Assembly: GCA_963843375.1 (NCBI GenBank)
Contig: CAWJKT010000004.1
Coordinates: 256,001 to 320,000 of the forward strand
Direction of reading: 5' to 3'
DNA length: 64,000 nt
From: an uncultured Pseudomonadota bacterium
Lineage (GTDB): Bacteria; Oederibacteriota; Muellerivitia; Muellerivitales; Muellerivitaceae
The position numbers and the translations under genes were made by a program. The notes beneath the pieces were generated by a model. That model was not told the DNA's origin. It saw nothing but the letters and a program-made list of their open reading frames with translations, and ran no database searches. Positions 20,739-29,662 of the stretch are shown here, piece by piece. Numbering within the stretch: position 1 is the first letter of the stretch; every line of letters starts with the position of its first letter.

Positions 20739-22523
20739 TTATTTGCTTAAAGAATACTTCTCCTCGGCCAAACGATAAAGCCTCTTCCAAACCAATCGGT
20801 TGAAAGTCACCACCATGAGGGACATCACCACCACGCTAGCGGCTAACATAGGGAAGTCGGCTTTAGCGGCGGCGTCGCTGATTTGGGATCCAAGGCCAAA
20901 GGCGGTGAGGGTTTGGCCTTTGTCGGTTACATATTCGGCTACGATACTGGCGTTCCATGTCCCACCGGCGGAGGTCACCATGCCGGTAACTAAATAGGGA
21001 AAGATTCCCGGCAGATAAACCTTCCGGAACCTTTGCCAGCCGATGATATGGTACATCCGGGCGGCCTCCAAAAGATCGGAAGGGATCGCCATGGCCCCGG
21101 CCACGACGTTGAACAAAATGTACCATTGGGCGCCTAAGACCATCAGGGCGATGGAGCCCCAATTCAATGATATCCCCATAAATTTCAAGACGATTATGAC
21201 ATAAGAAAAAAGCATGGGGGCCGGGAAAGAGGCGGCCACTTGGACAAAGGGCTGGGCGAGACGGGAAAGCCGGGGGGAGAGTCCGATCCAAAGGCCCACG
21301 GGAATAGTCCAAATCGCTGAAACCCCCACAGCCACCAGCACTCGTCCCAATGTCACAAGGGCTTCACTAATGATGAGTTTCCATTGGTCCAAGCTCACTT
21401 TGCTGAAAAGCTCGATGATTTTCCAGGCTCCGAACAACATTAAACCCACGAGTGTGAGGAAGGCGAAAATCGAAAACATCTTCAATGAAATTTTATCGGA
21501 AGGTTTGGAGGAGGCAGCCGGTTTTGCTCCCACTTTGTCCAGGGGTGGCATGTTTTGGGAAGAGGAGGTTTGTTTTGTTTTAAAAAGGTTTTGAAAAAAC
21601 TGGAATATTTGAGAACGATTAAGAAAATCCAAAAACCAAGAATGCATGCCTTCCTCGTTGCCGCCTTCCTCGACCCGAAATTTTTGTCCCCAAACCACCA
21701 GAGGTCTCCAAAGGAACTGGTCCAGAAATACGATCATGATGACCATGGCGATGACACCGTAAAATTTCGCCCAATTGTCGCCTTTATCATTGGCTACGCT
21801 CATATAAGAACCCAGGCCGGGAAGGCGAAAATCCTTGTCGCCCAACTGAAAAGCCTCGGTGACGGTTAAGAAAAACCAGCCGCCCGCCATGCTCATCATG
21901 CTGTTCCAGATAAGCCCGATACCGGAAAAGGGGATTTCCAGCTTGGTGGCTTTTTGCCACCAGTTGAAGCGATAGACTGCCGCCGCTTCAAGAAGATATT
22001 GAGGAACGGACCGTAGTGACTGGTAGAAGCTGAAAGTCATATTCCAAACCTGCCCAGTGAAGATCATAATGACCGCCGCCAATTCCAAGCCGATATTGCT
22101 GTTTGGGAAAATGGCCACCAGGGCCAGCACCAAGCCCGGAAGAAATCCAAGGACGGGAATGCTTTGAAGAATATCCAGCATGGGAATAAGGACTTTTTCC
22201 GCTACATGGTCTTTTGCCGCCCAATAGCCATAAGCGAAGGTGAAAAGAAGCGAAAGGATATAAGCCAGCAATCCTCGGCACAAAGAAAAAAAGGTGTATT
22301 TAGGAAGGGCCCAGGGAGAAAGGTCGATTTCCACCGTTGGGCGATGAATGCCTGTCCATTCATGGGCCACATTGATGATGCCGAAAATAAGCCCAATCAG
22401 GCCCAGCAAAAGCGAAACATCGATCCACCAGATTTTCTGATAGCGGGTGATCAGGGCGCTTGCATTGCCCCATATTTTGCGGAACGGTAGGATGTTCTTG
22501 CGTTCTAGGTCCGAAATCGGCAT
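20739..22523 (-). CDS. ABC transporter permease with two fused TM domains
   Basis: DILQSIPVLGF and two EAA loops (LLEAAAVY, LLEAARMY). Confidence 0.92.
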   Translation of the reverse strand: MPISDLERKNILPFRKIWGNASALITRYQKIWWIDVSLLLGLIGLIFGIINVAHEWTGIHRPTVEIDLSPWALPKYTFFSLCRGLLAYILSLLFTFAYGYWAAKDHVAEKVLIPMLDILQSIPVLGFLPGLVLALVAIFPNSNIGLELAAVIMIFTGQVWNMTFSFYQSLRSVPQYLLEAAAVYRFNWWQKATKLEIPFSGIGLIWNSMMSMAGGWFFLTVTEAFQLGDKDFRLPGLGSYMSVANDKGDNWAKFYGVIAMVIMIVFLDQFLWRPLVVWGQKFRVEEGGNEEGMHSWFLDFLNRSQIFQFFQNLFKTKQTSSSQNMPPLDKVGAKPAASSKPSDKISLKMFSIFAFLTLVGLMLFGAWKIIELFSKVSLDQWKLIISEALVTLGRVLVAVGVSAIWTIPVGLWIGLSPRLSRLAQPFVQVAASFPAPMLFSYVIIVLKFMGISLNWGSIALMVLGAQWYILFNVVAGAMAIPSDLLEAARMYHIIGWQRFRKVYLPGIFPYLVTGMVTSAGGTWNASIVAEYVTDKGQTLTAFGLGSQISDAAAKADFPMLAASVVVMSLMVVTFNRLVWKRLYRLAEEKYSLSK

Positions 22524-22682
22524 GGAAGGACAACCTATTCAAGATTTTAAAAGTCCGGGAAATCATAAGCCAGGGGCAGTTGATGGACAAAGCAAAAAGT
22601 TTTTAAAATGGCCGGAAAGACTTGATGTTAAACTGAGCCCGGTCATGAAAATCAAATCCAAGTCCCGGAAAACTTTACAAAG

Positions 22683-23576
22683 ATGAAACGCGTGAACCGA
22701 TTGGTTCCTTTTGCCTTTTTAGGCTTCAGCCTTGCGGCCCTGGTATGGGGCCAATCGGGTTCGATGGACTGGAAACCGGTGGCGGATATCCTTGGAAGGA
22801 ATGGGATTGACCAAGTCGGTTCCCTCCAAGTTCTTTTTCCCCGGCTAGACCTGAACGTCGTGGTCAAGGGCGTACCCTTGGAACCGGAAGAGTTGACCAG
22901 TTGGTTCCTCTTTAAGTCTGAAAATAATGGAACCATACTGGTGGGTGACATGGTTTTGCTGGACACGGAAGTGTCCAAAGCAATGGCCCAAGCCCTTCGT
23001 AACGGATTGGAAATAACGGCTCTTTATAGCCCCTTTTTAGAAGAATCCCCGAGAATTAAGCGCCTGCGGGTTCGGGGAAAAGGCGCCAAATCCAACCTGG
23101 CTTGGGCGGTCAAGCTGATCCTATCTTCTACCGGAACCTCCATGGGTTCGATGGATCCAAACCCTACCCCGGAAAATCAGATCCTCTTGGATTGGTCCAA
23201 AACAGAGGCCATTCTTGGCCCGGGGGCGCATAGGGGCCGTGTGCTCCAATTTGAAATTCCACAAACGAAGGCTAACTCGGAAAAGGGGATTGAAACTCAA
23301 TGGAAATCGGACTTGGCCGCCAATCTTTTTCTGCAAAAAACCGGTAAAGGCAATAGCGCGGCGATGGGCACGTTTGATTTGCCCGATGAAAAGGCGAACG
23401 AAGTAATTGAGACCCTTTCCAAACACCATTTCACCGTAACCTCGTTTCGAAGCCAAAGTTCATACGAAGGGGAGGGGTTTTTCTTTTTGAATTTTTGGGT
23501 GGTGGGCTCGGAGGAGGACGTGGCGGAAGGCTTGAAAGACGCTTTGGATCAGGCCGGTTTATCCCAAGACCCATAA
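22683..23576 (+). CDS. DUF1259 (LppY/LpqO-like) exported protein, degenerate
   Basis: Signal peptide and PRLDLNV..GV....GDMVLL..EV......L..NGLEITAL pattern repeated twice. Confidence 0.7.
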   Translation: MKRVNRLVPFAFLGFSLAALVWGQSGSMDWKPVADILGRNGIDQVGSLQVLFPRLDLNVVVKGVPLEPEELTSWFLFKSENNGTILVGDMVLLDTEVSKAMAQALRNGLEITALYSPFLEESPRIKRLRVRGKGAKSNLAWAVKLILSSTGTSMGSMDPNPTPENQILLDWSKTEAILGPGAHRGRVLQFEIPQTKANSEKGIETQWKSDLAANLFLQKTGKGNSAAMGTFDLPDEKANEVIETLSKHHFTVTSFRSQSSYEGEGFFFLNFWVVGSEEDVAEGLKDALDQAGLSQDP

Positions 23577-25630
23577 TTCAGTAAAATACCTCCGGTGGCT
23601 AAGGCAATGATCAGCAGGGTTAAAAATAACCCCAACCGGAAAGACGCAGGTTCATACCGAAAATCGACTTTGCGCATGTTTCCACCCGGCACCGGTAGGC
23701 CCATGAAAAGCCCGTAGGCGCGCAGGATCGGATAAGGTTTCCCATCTATCCAGGCATGCCAACCGGGGGCGTAAGTTTCATTGAAAATAACGTAACCTGG
23801 TTTGGAAAAGGATTCCATTAAGGAAGCCCGGCCCGCGCTTTCCCTCAAGTAACCCGTTTTTTGTTGGGCCACCAGCGAAAGGGACCGTTTGACAGCTGAT
23901 AAATTCGTGAACAGCCCATCGGCGTTCTTTTCTAAATAAGTTTTTTTCTCCCACTCTGTTCCAGGCGACATAAGAGAATTCAGGACAGCTGGGCGGTCAG
24001 GATACTCGGTTTTTTCACCCACCCACCACAGATTGGGAGAAGCCTGGGTATTGAGAATGAGAAAATCATTATTCCATTTTCCGGCCACCTTATATTTGGT
24101 AGCGGAAAGGGGCTGCGTCAGCAGGAAAAGCCGTACCCCCGCCACATCCAATAAACTTCCATCGTAGGGGAAACCTTTGTTGAAATACTTCACCAAGTTT
24201 TCAGAGCCATTCACCTGAAGAAAAAGATAGCGGTCGGGAGACCGCAGCCCCCAGACCGAGTTGGAATTTGCCAGGAAAGTCCCGGTTTGGAGTCCGAAAG
24301 TTCGCTTCATCGCTTGGTCCTGCGTTCCAGTGGATTCCATTTCATTGATGGTGTGAAGGCTCAATGTTCGGCCACCGTTCGCAAGTGTGCGTAGTTTTTG
24401 AGCCTCGCCCTGGATTTCCGCATTTTGATATGGGTCGGGCATTGGTTGAAGAAGAAGAAATGGCATTCGCCCGATATCCCCTATCCAGAACAGGGTCAAA
24501 AACGCGATACCTGCCCCTGAGGAAAAAGTTACCGGCCATTTCTCTGAAAGGGATGGAAGGGACAAAGCCACTGAGGTTACAGCACAAAAAAGGAAGAGCC
24601 CCACGGCCTTGGAGGGTTCCATCCACTGGAGAAATTGAAGCGGCAAAAAATCCCAAAGGGGGAGGCGTGCTCCGGCCAGCCAGAGCAGCCAGCCCAGTGC
24701 GCATAGAGTCCAAAAACGGTTTTTCAATTGTTGCAGGAGGGATAGCCCATTCAAAACTAAAATCACCAAGGGAATAAGACCGAAGTATAGATTGAAATTT
24801 CCATTGGCGAAGGCGCCGCGATAAGAAGTGGAGCCCAAAAGACCCAGAACGTCCGGTTTTAACAGGGTCAGGTAATCCAAAGGCCGGTCAAAGTAGGGAT
24901 AATCACCCCAGGAATCGGGCTTAGCGTAAGTGAGCAGTTCCAGGAAAGGAAGCCACTGCAAGCAGGTCGCCAGGGCGGCTCCGCCTAAAGTAAGCCAAAA
25001 CCGGATTCTTATATGAGAGGCGGGTTTTTGGAATTCAAACCAAACCACCAGGAATAGCACCGTGTAAAAAGTAAAAAAGGGATAACCAGCCAAGATCTGC
25101 AGGCTTAAGGCCAGACCCAGGAGGAAGCTGTTTTTAAAGACCGGTTTTTCCAGGGTGCGATGAGCGGCCCAGAAAATCCAGGGAATCCAGGCCGCTGTGG
25201 CGATAAATGGAAGATTGGCCCAACAGCGGGTAAGGTGAGCGGAACCCGCAAAGGAAAGGGCGCAAAGGGCGCACCAAAGCGGAGTGATTTTTTGGCGTCT
25301 AAGCCAAAGGTAACAGCCGAAAAAAGCCAAGCCCGTATGCGCTAAAGCCATCCATATCAACCAATTGGAGAGGCCCGTTAGATTGAACAGCCAAAAGGGC
25401 GGGTAAAGACAAGCCGATTGCCAATTAGCTAAATGGGGCGTGCCACAGCCAATATAAGGGTTCCATAATGGCAAAAGTCCCTGGCGGAAGGAATCCAGGT
25501 TAATCCAATGGTCTGGATAAGTGTAAAGGGAGGCGTCTATATAATAGGGAAGATGTCCTTTCCATAAATAAGCCCAGAAAATCAAAGCGAAGAGGTAAAG
25601 AGCGATGACTGTTTTGGAAAGAAGGGACAA
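23549..25630 (-). CDS. YfhO-family polytopic membrane protein (GT-C-like)
   Basis: PLWNPYIGCGTPHLAN..SACLYP N-terminus and ETYAPGWHAWIDG..V.FRYEP.SFRLG C-terminus, with many TM helices. Confidence 0.85.
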   Translation of the reverse strand: MSLLSKTVIALYLFALIFWAYLWKGHLPYYIDASLYTYPDHWINLDSFRQGLLPLWNPYIGCGTPHLANWQSACLYPPFWLFNLTGLSNWLIWMALAHTGLAFFGCYLWLRRQKITPLWCALCALSFAGSAHLTRCWANLPFIATAAWIPWIFWAAHRTLEKPVFKNSFLLGLALSLQILAGYPFFTFYTVLFLVVWFEFQKPASHIRIRFWLTLGGAALATCLQWLPFLELLTYAKPDSWGDYPYFDRPLDYLTLLKPDVLGLLGSTSYRGAFANGNFNLYFGLIPLVILVLNGLSLLQQLKNRFWTLCALGWLLWLAGARLPLWDFLPLQFLQWMEPSKAVGLFLFCAVTSVALSLPSLSEKWPVTFSSGAGIAFLTLFWIGDIGRMPFLLLQPMPDPYQNAEIQGEAQKLRTLANGGRTLSLHTINEMESTGTQDQAMKRTFGLQTGTFLANSNSVWGLRSPDRYLFLQVNGSENLVKYFNKGFPYDGSLLDVAGVRLFLLTQPLSATKYKVAGKWNNDFLILNTQASPNLWWVGEKTEYPDRPAVLNSLMSPGTEWEKKTYLEKNADGLFTNLSAVKRSLSLVAQQKTGYLRESAGRASLMESFSKPGYVIFNETYAPGWHAWIDGKPYPILRAYGLFMGLPVPGGNMRKVDFRYEPASFRLGLFLTLLIIALATGGILLNYGSWDKPA

Positions 25631-25773
25631 GTTGATTTTTTTCCGTCTTTTGACTTTGTCGTTATAAATATCGGCTTCGTTAATTATAGCCGGGGGCAGT
25701 CTTTTTTCGGGAGAGGTTCATGTTAAAATGCGCCTTCGTTCAAAGGGGCAAACTTCAAAAGGGGAGGCGGGTT

Positions 25774-27216
25774 ATGACGGCAACGGCGGAACAATTAAAA
25801 TTGGCGGACTTCGGGGTTTTGGGAATCGCGGTGATGGGTGAAAACCTAGCCATGAATATCGAGGACCATGGGTTTTCGGTGGCGGTTTGCAATCTCCGGA
25901 GCGACCGGGTCACCCCCTTTATGAAGCGCAACGAGGGCAAAAAATTCATTGGCGCCCATACCCTGCAAGATTTCGTGAAAGCCCTCAAGCCCCCCCGGCG
26001 GGTGATGCTCATGGTCAAAGCGGGAGACCCCGTTGACGACGCCATTAAACTTTTGAAGCCCCTCTTATCCAAAGGCGACATCATTATTGACGGCGGGAAT
26101 TCCTGGTTCAAGGACACCCAACGCCGGGAAGCGGAACTCACCAAAGAAGGTTTTTATTTTTTCGGCGCCGGTGTTTCCGGTGGTGAAGAGGGAGCCCGGT
26201 TTGGCCCTTCCATCATGCCGGGCGGAAGCCCCCAGGCCTATGAGTTCGTGAAGCCCATCTTCGAGGCCATCTCGGCCAAAACCAACTCCGGTCCCTGTGT
26301 GACCCATTGTGGCCCTGATGGCGCGGGCCATTTCGTGAAAATGGTCCACAACGGCATTGAGTACGGAGATATGCAATTGATCGCCGAATCCTATGACATT
26401 CTCCGAAAGGTTCTGGGACTGAAAGCCGCCGAATTAGGGGAAATCTTTACCGAATGGAACAAAGGCATCCTGGATTCTTTCCTGATCGAGCTTACCGCAA
26501 AGGTTTTCACCGTGAAGGATGATGAAACGGGTAATCCACTGGTGGACATGATATTAGACAAGGCGGGTCAGAAGGGGACGGGCAAGTGGACGGCCCAAAT
26601 CGCGCTCGACATGGGCGTCCAAATTCCCACCATTGCTGCGGCTATCGACGGTAGGGGACTATCCAGCATCAAGGAAGAACGGGTAGAGGCTTCCAAGCAA
26701 ATCAAGGGGCCGGCCGCAATGACGAAGGAAGACAAAAAGCAGCTCATCGACGCGGTGCGGGACGCCCTTTATGATTCCAAGGTTTGTTCCTATACCCAAG
26801 GCATGAGGCTGATCAAGGCCGCTTCGGACGAGTACAAATGGGGCGTCAACCTAAAGGAGATGGCCCGCATTTGGAAAGGCGGCTGCATCATCCGAGCAAA
26901 ATTACTGGACGAGATCATGAAGGCTTATGATCGTAATCCGAACCTTCATTCCCTGCTGTTGGATGAATCTTTTAAAAAGCAGGTGGAATCCACACAGGCT
27001 AATTGGCGCAAGGTCGTTTCGGTGGCAGTCACCAACGGAATTCCGGTGCCAGCCATGAGCGGAAGCCTGGCCTATTTTGATAGCTACCGCACGGCGAACC
27101 TTCCCCAAAACCTGACCCAGGCCCAAAGAGATTTCTTTGGGGCCCATACCTACGAGCGGACGGACCACCCGGAAAGGGGCTTTATCCATACCGATTGGTT
27201 GTCAAAAACGAAATAG
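25774..27216 (+). CDS. gnd: NADP-dependent 6-phosphogluconate dehydrogenase, decarboxylating
   Basis: GIAVMG, IDGGNS, VSGGEEGA, GHFVKMVHNGIEYGDMQ and QAQRDFFGAHTY motifs. RBS GGGGAGG before the ATG at 25774. Confidence 0.97.
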   Translation: MTATAEQLKLADFGVLGIAVMGENLAMNIEDHGFSVAVCNLRSDRVTPFMKRNEGKKFIGAHTLQDFVKALKPPRRVMLMVKAGDPVDDAIKLLKPLLSKGDIIIDGGNSWFKDTQRREAELTKEGFYFFGAGVSGGEEGARFGPSIMPGGSPQAYEFVKPIFEAISAKTNSGPCVTHCGPDGAGHFVKMVHNGIEYGDMQLIAESYDILRKVLGLKAAELGEIFTEWNKGILDSFLIELTAKVFTVKDDETGNPLVDMILDKAGQKGTGKWTAQIALDMGVQIPTIAAAIDGRGLSSIKEERVEASKQIKGPAAMTKEDKKQLIDAVRDALYDSKVCSYTQGMRLIKAASDEYKWGVNLKEMARIWKGGCIIRAKLLDEIMKAYDRNPNLHSLLLDESFKKQVESTQANWRKVVSVAVTNGIPVPAMSGSLAYFDSYRTANLPQNLTQAQRDFFGAHTYERTDHPERGFIHTDWLSKTK

Positions 27217-27261
27217 ACAATAGTTAGCTGTTTAACCTTAGTGGTTAGCGACCTCATAGGG

Positions 27262-27290
27262 TGAAACCTGGATGTTGCTGGGAACGTCTA
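27262..27290 (+). promoter_or_regulatory. Possible ECF sigma promoter (TGAAAC-N17-CGTCTA)
   Basis: Matches the AAC...CGT architecture of ECF promoters, about 40 bp upstream of the OMP start. Confidence 0.4.
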
Positions 27291-27331
27291 AAAGGCGTGG
27301 GGTAAAGACTGCCGTATTTAGGAGGAGAGAG

Positions 27332-27907
27332 ATGAAAATTAAAATTTTGACTTTGGCACTGTTACTGACGGGGGTGACGGTGATTCAAGCTTCAGCCCAG
27401 TCTTTCAATTTGGGATTGGAAGCAGGCGCCAATTTCTCGAATTTTATCGGGAGTGGCGTTAGTCAGATTAACAACAACAATGTCAGTGATTCAAAACTTG
27501 GATTTGTCGGAGGGGGGTTCTTGAGCTTGAATTTCGGCAACTCTTTCGCCATCAGACCAGAAGTGCTTTATGAGCAAAAAGGCAACCAGATTTCGGGAAC
27601 CAATACCACGACCGAACTGGATTATATTGAAGTTCCTGTGCTCTTAAAGCTTGGGCTGGGTACCCCAGTGTTCAATCCAGCGATTCTTTTGGGCCCTTCC
27701 TTTAGTTGGAACCTTTTAGCCCAGTCAGGTGGAACAAATTTGAACGGGATCAATAGCTCGGATGTTGGATTGGTCGGCGGTGTGGAACTGGACCTCAGCA
27801 AGTTCCTGATTTCGGGTCGTTATGAATTGGGCTTGGATAACGTGAGGACCAATACCAACGTCCAAAATGGAACGATCACCTTATTGATAGGTTATTCTTT
27901 AATGTAA
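27332..27907 (+). CDS. Small outer-membrane beta-barrel (porin family/PorT-like, OMP_b-brl_2)
   Basis: Signal peptide (..QASAQ), GLEAGANFS, RPEVLYEQKG, LDYIEVPVLLK, RYELGL and terminal LLIGYSL. RBS AGGAGG. Confidence 0.85.
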   Translation: MKIKILTLALLLTGVTVIQASAQSFNLGLEAGANFSNFIGSGVSQINNNNVSDSKLGFVGGGFLSLNFGNSFAIRPEVLYEQKGNQISGTNTTTELDYIEVPVLLKLGLGTPVFNPAILLGPSFSWNLLAQSGGTNLNGINSSDVGLVGGVELDLSKFLISGRYELGLDNVRTNTNVQNGTITLLIGYSLM

Positions 27908-27935
27908 AAAGAGTCGTTAATTTAAGAGAAACTAT

Positions 27936-27969
27936 AAAAGGTCCAGGATTTCCCGGGCCTTTTTTATTT
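27936..27969 (+). terminator. Rho-independent terminator
   Basis: aaaaggtccagga/tcccgggcctttt imperfect hairpin followed by a T tract. Confidence 0.7.
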
Positions 27970-28010
27970 CCACCAATGGATAGTAGGACTGAAAAATGAG
28001 GACCCAGGGC

Positions 28011-28028
28011 TTGTGAAATCTTTCACAT
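28011..28028. promoter_or_regulatory. Rex-like (or CRP-like) operator 1
   Basis: TTGTGAAATCTTTCACAT, one mismatch to the Rex consensus TTGTGAA-N4-TTCACAA. Confidence 0.75.
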
Positions 28029-28093
28029 TAAAATTTGTCAAAGTTCCATTTTGACTTAAAATCGGAGCAATAAAGGGAGAGAAAAAGACAAGT

Positions 28094-28111
28094 TTGTGAA
28101 ATATTTCACAT
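28094..28111. promoter_or_regulatory. Rex-like (or CRP-like) operator 2
   Basis: TTGTGAAATATTTCACAT, abutting the putative -35 element. Confidence 0.8.
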
Positions 28112-28140
28112 TGAAATTTCGGCCTTTAGCCCCCTATAAT
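28111..28140 (+). promoter_or_regulatory. sigma70-type promoter of the nuo operon
   Basis: TTGAAA (28111-28116), 18-bp spacer, TATAAT (28135-28140). Confidence 0.6.
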
Positions 28141-28223
28141 CCATCAAATTTCGCCCTTAAATTTCCTCTAAGCCTGTAAAACTCCTCGGGGGGCGGCATT
28201 ACCTTCTTTTGGGGGTTCCGGGC

Positions 28224-28601
28224 ATGAATTTCGAAACAATCGAAAATCTTCTTCCGATAGTCCTGGCCCTTGTTCTAGCCATGGCGGTTCCAGCAGCCAT
28301 GATGATTTTATCCGCTTCACTCGGCCTACGGCGGGATAACGAAACCAAACTTTCCTCTTACGAATGCGGTATCCAGTCTTCCGCAGTATCCGGTGACGCC
28401 CGGCATCATTTCAACGTGAAGTTCTATCTGGTCGCCATGTGCTTCCTGGTCTTCGATGTGGAGGTGGTTTTCCTTTTTCCCTGGGCGGTTTTGTTCCAGA
28501 AGATGGCCTGGGGCGGGTTTCTTTCCATGTTGGGATTTCTCGGTGTTCTCGGCTTTGGCTGGTTTTACCTCTTGAAAAGGGGGGCCTTGGAATGGGAGTA
28601 G
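28224..28601 (+). CDS. nuoA: NADH-quinone oxidoreductase subunit A
   Basis: [23 protein letters not shown] and KRGALEWE motifs. Confidence 0.96.
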   Translation: MNFETIENLLPIVLALVLAMAVPAAMMILSASLGLRRDNETKLSSYECGIQSSAVSGDARHHFNVKFYLVAMCFLVFDVEVVFLFPWAVLFQKMAWGGFLSMLGFLGVLGFGWFYLLKRGALEWE

Positions 28602-29095
28602 AAACTTTTCCAGTACTCACCACTCGTAAGGACGCGGTCATCGCTTGGGGACAAAAAAACTCCCTTTGGCCAATGCCCTTTGGTACGGCTTGTTGCGCTA
28701 TCGAATTCATGGGAGTGGTATCCTCGGTATTCGACCTGGCCCGCTTCGGGGCCGAACTAGTTCGTTTTTCCCCCCGGCAATCGGACCTTCTCTTGGTGGC
28801 GGGAACGGTCACCTTCAAACAAGCGCCTATCCTGAAACAAATCTACGAACAGATGTGCGAACCCAAGTGGGTGATTTCGATGGGGGTCTGCGCCTCAGCG
28901 GGCGGTTTTTATAACAACTATTGCACAGTGCAGGGGATCGACCAGGTTATCCCGGTAGATGTTTATATTTCCGGATGTCCCCCCCGGCCCGAAGCCATCT
29001 TGCAGGCCGTCTTGAAACTCCAACACAAAATCGAAAACCCTAACACAACACCTCCGGCCCAGTTCAGGGTAGCGGAACCGCATTTCGATTATTAA
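28592..29095 (+). CDS. nuoB: NADH-quinone oxidoreductase subunit B
   Basis: [14 protein letters not shown] and GCPPRPE motifs. Confidence 0.97.
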   Translation: MGVETFPVLTTRKDAVIAWGQKNSLWPMPFGTACCAIEFMGVVSSVFDLARFGAELVRFSPRQSDLLLVAGTVTFKQAPILKQIYEQMCEPKWVISMGVCASAGGFYNNYCTVQGIDQVIPVDVYISGCPPRPEAILQAVLKLQHKIENPNTTPPAQFRVAEPHFDY

Positions 29096-29122
29096 ATAAC
29101 CGTTCACAGGCGAGGCGAAAGA

Positions 29123-29662
29123 ATGATCAACGAAGATTTATTAACCCAATTAACCCAAAAGCATCCCCAGGCCCTATTGGGTTCCCAAGATCGGTTTGGG
29201 GCGCTGGAAATACAAGTGGATCGGGCGGCCATTGTCGATGTGGTGAAAATCCTGAAGGATGATCCGCAATTTAGTTTCAATATGCTAATCGACCTGGTCT
29301 CGATTGATTATTCCAATTATCCCGAATGGAAGGGAGATCGATTTGGTCTCGCCTACTTGTTGAAATCCCTTACGCTAGGGCATCGGCTCCAATTGAAAAC
29401 GACAGTGTCCGAAGATGAGCCGGTGGTTCCGACGATCTCGGGACTTTACCGCAACGCCGATTGGTTGGAGCGGGAGGCTTATGACCAGATGGGCATCCGT
29501 TTTGCCCAGCACCCGAATTTGAAACGCCTTCTAAACCATCATGAGTTTGTGGGACACCCGCTTCGCAAGGACTATCCCATCACCCGCCGCCAATGGCTTT
29601 CGGCTAATGAATCCCTGATGGATGAGATGGAAGTTCGATTGAAAGTAAAGGGATACGAATGA
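29123..29662 (+). CDS. nuoC: NADH-quinone oxidoreductase subunit C
   Basis: WLEREAYDQMGIRF..HP and GHPLRKDYP motifs. Confidence 0.96.
   Translation: MINEDLLTQLTQKHPQALLGSQDRFGALEIQVDRAAIVDVVKILKDDPQFSFNMLIDLVSIDYSNYPEWKGDRFGLAYLLKSLTLGHRLQLKTTVSEDEPVVPTISGLYRNADWLEREAYDQMGIRFAQHPNLKRLLNHHEFVGHPLRKDYPITRRQWLSANESLMDEMEVRLKVKGYE

Noticed and set aside
27220..27320. Possible riboswitch (small hairpins upstream of the OMP gene)
   Set aside because: Does not match c-di-GMP, TPP, cobalamin or SAM consensus elements I can recognise. An ECF promoter explains the motif better. A covariance-model search would settle it.
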